Part shown: one piece after another, positions 54,772-57,614 of the stretch
Numbering within the stretch: the stretch's first letter is position 1
How the letters are laid out: the number at the start of each line of letters is the position of its first letter
IMG/VR virus record: IMGVR_UViG_3300042934_000106
Location: 1-57,614 of that record
Strand: one strand, 5' to 3'
DNA length: 57,614 nucleotides
Source: a virus
Taxonomy: Duplodnaviria; Caudoviricetes
Notes under the pieces: generated by a model
What the model was told of the DNA's origin: nothing
Databases searched by the model: none
What the model saw: the letters and a program-made list of their open reading frames with translations, nothing else
Program-made: the position numbers and the translations under genes

Positions 54772-55317
54772 TCAGACCCAGATAGGCGAGGCATCCACTC
54801 CCCGCGGAGGGAACCAAGCCTTGTAGGGCTTACCGTTCTTGTTGGTCCCCTCCTTGTACGTCCAGCCGTCCGGAACGTTCGCCGGGCGAGGCGGACCAGA
54901 CTGAGCAGGGGCCTGGTTGCCATACTGAACCTGACCACTCGCCGGGTTGAATGAAGGCTGAGCAGCCGGCGCAGCCTGAGTCTTGGCTCCGCCCTTGAAC
55001 TGACCACGGGTGTACTCAGCAGCCTGAGAAGTCAGGTCAATCAGACCAACCTTCTGCATGGCCACCAGGAGATCCTTGCCCCGCTCCGCGGTCTCAGCAG
55101 CAGTGGAGCCGTAGACAGTCGGAGTAAGCCACTCAGCGTCATAGCCAGAAGCAGCCTTGAGAGTGAAGCCGATCTTGAAGGGGTTCGGAGCAGGGTTAGC
55201 AGCAACAGGCTGGTTGGTCACGGGCGCCTCCTGAGTGGGCTGGTTCTGAGTCTGGCCGGCCTGGTCCCACGGGGACCGGTCACCAAACGGGTCAGTCGGG
55301 TCAAAGTCAGTCATCAA
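54772..55317 (-). CDS. Conserved phage protein, possible ssDNA-binding/annealing
   Basis: Gln/Pro linker and GKPYKAWFPP C-terminus; own promoter. Confidence 0.55.
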   Translation of the reverse strand: MMTDFDPTDPFGDRSPWDQAGQTQNQPTQEAPVTNQPVAANPAPNPFKIGFTLKAASGYDAEWLTPTVYGSTAAETAERGKDLLVAMQKVGLIDLTSQAAEYTRGQFKGGAKTQAAPAAQPSFNPASGQVQYGNQAPAQSGPPRPANVPDGWTYKEGTNKNGKPYKAWFPPRGVDASPIWV

Positions 55318-55412
55318 GTCTCCATCCGGGAGGGGCCTTTGGAGCCCCTCCCTCTAATTCCATTGTGGCAGTAGAGTTGGTCGCAAGTCAACCTAGATGC
55401 CTGTGGTGGGGG

Positions 55413-55895
55413 TCACACCCGTCTCTTGCGGGCCTCCGAACAGTCCTCATGAAGGCACCTACGGAGCTTGCCCGGCTGGTACTCAGGCAAGGGGTGTCCC
55501 CTCTTGCAATGAGTCTTGCTCTTACCCATGCGGTCTCTGTTGCGTCGCCTCTTCTCGCTCTTAGGCATGGCGATCTTGTCATGAGGTGGTGGCACGGCTC
55601 GTCCCTTACCCCACATGTCCCTTACGTTGTCTGCTTGGGTTCCGAGGAAGAGGTGCCTAGGATTCACACACTTTCTGTTGTCACAGGTGTGACAGACAAC
55701 CTTACCTTCGGGTATCTCACCGAAGTGAATCTTCCAGGAGACTCTATGAGTGCCCTGCTTCCGCCCTTCGCCATATATCCGTCCGTAACCAGTGCTGGAG
55801 CAGAAATAGCGCTGCCACTCCCAGCACTGGTTCTCAGACTGCTTGGCTACGCCGGCCCAGAACCTCTCTTCAATCGGTGGCCAATCCTTGCTCAT
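55413..55895 (-). CDS. Free-standing HNH homing endonuclease
   Basis: [34 protein letters not shown]; ATGA overlap with RNR stop. Confidence 0.9.
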   Translation of the reverse strand: MSKDWPPIEERFWAGVAKQSENQCWEWQRYFCSSTGYGRIYGEGRKQGTHRVSWKIHFGEIPEGKVVCHTCDNRKCVNPRHLFLGTQADNVRDMWGKGRAVPPPHDKIAMPKSEKRRRNRDRMGKSKTHCKRGHPLPEYQPGKLRRCLHEDCSEARKRRV

Positions 55896-57614
55896 ACGAT
55901 CCCGCAAGATCCGGAGGCACAGACCTCATCGAATCCGGTGTCCGTCACCTCAATGCCCACCTCCTCAGCACGAGCCTTGTACTCCTCGAAGGACACGCGC
56001 TCATAGGGGCTCTGAGGCATGCTCATCTCAGGGAACACGGTGACTCCCTTCAGCTCAGGCAGGAACTCAGCCAGGAGCCGGCTCAGCTCATCCGCTGAGT
56101 ACTGCCCCGGGTCCACGTTGGCCGTGTAGCTCACGGCCTGGTCTGCCCAGTACTCCTGATACATCCGCTGAACGTTCAGCATGTCCCGGATGGTCAAGTC
56201 CCCTGCATGCTGGAAGTACTCGGGATACTCCAGCTCGTCAAGAAGGCTGTCCTTGGTCGGGATCTCAACCACAGAGGTATTGGCTGCGTACTGACAGGGC
56301 TCCACTCGATAGCCCTGCCGGCGGTACTCATCAACCTGGGCAACCTCGTTGGGGTCCACGTTGGAGAACCGAATCCGGCGGATGAAGTATGCAGCGAACG
56401 GAGCATGGGTGGCTTCGCCACTCACGCCGGCCAACTTGCTGATAGTGCCAGTCGGAGCAATCACCCTCTTCTTGATGGGGACAGGGATACGAAGTTCATT
56501 GGCATACTCGGCTGCCGCCTCGTCCACCTCGTCAGCCCACTCAGTGAGCATGGAGGCTACGTAGCCGTTACCGTCCACTTCCGTGGCCTCCGTGTACTTG
56601 ATCCCCTGCTTATAGAGCCAGTCAGCAAAGCCAAGGTGACCAACACCAATACGACGGTAACGAGCGATGGCCTCAGCAGACTTGGGGTCTGCCACGTCAG
56701 CAAACGTGGCCCTAATCAGGTACCGAGTGATGTACCGATGAGCCTCGCTCAGGCCCTCATAGTCAACGGACCCGTCCCCGTCCACGAAGGCAGCCAGGTT
56801 TACAGAACCCAGGTTGCACGGCTCCCAGGGAGTCAGTGTGGCCTCACCACAGGGATTCGTGACGTAGATTCCGTCAACCTCCCCTTCCGCGGTAAGAGCT
56901 GAGTTCCACACACCAGGCTCCCCGTTGTGGAGCATGCCTTCAGCGATGGCCGTAAGCACATCGTGAACGTGGTACAGAGACCCGTCAAACGGTCCGAGAC
57001 TGGTAGTCAGGGTGTCCAGGTGCTCAAGGAAGTTCTGGTCCACCTCAACACTGATGTTGGTGGTCCAGTGACCACCCTCCTTCTTGATGTTGATGAAATC
57101 GAAGATCAGGTCATCGTCCCAACGCATGATGGACATGCGAGCAGAACGACGAACACCACCAGCCACGATGGCCTTCGCAATGGAGTGATCAATGTTCATA
57201 GCGTCGATGCCGTCAATGTGATCCGCTGCTCCAGACTCACGGAAGACGTAAGCGAGGACGCTTCCGATCTCAGACATCATCTCGGCGAAGGGCGCCGGCC
57301 CCGAAGCGGTGCCCCCAAAGGTCTTCAGCGGAGAGCCCTTACACCGGACACGGCTCACGTCGTAGACCCTCTGAGTGTGACGGGTCTTCGGGTCATGAGC
57401 AGTACGGATCAGGTCACCGAGGGCTTCAGCCCAGCCCTCTCGGGAGTCCTCCACCGCATACGCGCCGGCCCAAGTGTGGCTGTACTCAGTGGAGATGAGA
57501 CCAGCCTCCACCATGTCTTCGTAGTCCTGGTGCTCCGGGTCACAGACGATGTGGACGCTCACCGGGACCTGTACCGCGGGGTAGTCCTCCAGATATCGGG
57601 AGCTGTAGTTGCTG
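55892..57614 (-). CDS. nrdJ: Class II ribonucleotide reductase, C-terminal part
   Basis: GGVRRSA, TNPCGE, APTGTIS, C-terminal CASGSC. Confidence 0.95.
   Translation of the reverse strand, partial: SNYSSRYLEDYPAVQVPVSVHIVCDPEHQDYEDMVEAGLISTEYSHTWAGAYAVEDSREGWAEALGDLIRTAHDPKTRHTQRVYDVSRVRCKGSPLKTFGGTASGPAPFAEMMSEIGSVLAYVFRESGAADHIDGIDAMNIDHSIAKAIVAGGVRRSARMSIMRWDDDLIFDFINIKKEGGHWTTNISVEVDQNFLEHLDTLTTSLGPFDGSLYHVHDVLTAIAEGMLHNGEPGVWNSALTAEGEVDGIYVTNPCGEATLTPWEPCNLGSVNLAAFVDGDGSVDYEGLSEAHRYITRYLIRATFADVADPKSAEAIARYRRIGVGHLGFADWLYKQGIKYTEATEVDGNGYVASMLTEWADEVDEAAAEYANELRIPVPIKKRVIAPTGTISKLAGVSGEATHAPFAAYFIRRIRFSNVDPNEVAQVDEYRRQGYRVEPCQYAANTSVVEIPTKDSLLDELEYPEYFQHAGDLTIRDMLNVQRMYQEYWADQAVSYTANVDPGQYSADELSRLLAEFLPELKGVTVFPEMSMPQSPYERVSFEEYKARAEEVGIEVTDTGFDEVCASGSCGIV
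57488..57614. repeat. Terminal overlap identical to 1-127
   Basis: Exact repeat. Confidence 0.95.

Noticed and set aside
55413-55895. Intron- or intein-encoded endonuclease within RNR
   Set aside because: The HNH gene starts at the RNR stop, and RNR appears uninterrupted with intact C-terminal cysteines

Overview
This window is an apparently complete temperate actinobacteriophage genome of about 57.5 kb. Bases 1-127 repeat exactly at 57488-57614, so it is circularly assembled and opened inside a class II ribonucleotide reductase gene. The host is inferred to be Streptomyces-like from an SsgA-like gene, HrdB-type promoters and an rrn-type boxA. There are four modules. (i) A leftward replication and nucleotide-metabolism arm at 47.4-57.6 kb plus 1-13 kb encodes RNR, ThyX, PolA, dCMP deaminase, a split primase, helicase, EndoVII, an RNA ligase-like protein, a Cas4-like nuclease, a sigma-like factor and an L5 gp71-like repressor. 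(ii) A rightward siphovirus packaging/head/tail/lysis operon at 13.8-36.3 kb includes a tRNA(CAT) and a -1 tail-chaperone frameshift. (iii) A leftward operon of small unknown genes occupies 36.5-43.3 kb. (iv) A large serine integrase lies at 45.8-47.4 kb. The most interesting signal is non-coding. The small-gene operon starts at a repressor-box promoter. Its leader carries an rRNA-operon-like boxB/boxA sequence (CCTTGAGAACTCAACAG). Its genes are separated by at least seven long, strand-specific RNA stems, four of them one covarying family. The module is bracketed by (GAAT)n boxes. I infer an rRNA-mimicking antitermination plus processing 'host take-over' module, possibly a long terminal repeat. 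Other signals are a 15-bp operator fused to -35 elements, a duplicated 68-bp putative late promoter followed by hairpin arrays, a tRNA-trailing structured RNA, paired mini-proteins flanking the integrase, an Lsr2-N-like protein and a Tyr762-type PolA. All calls were made by eye; no searches were run.
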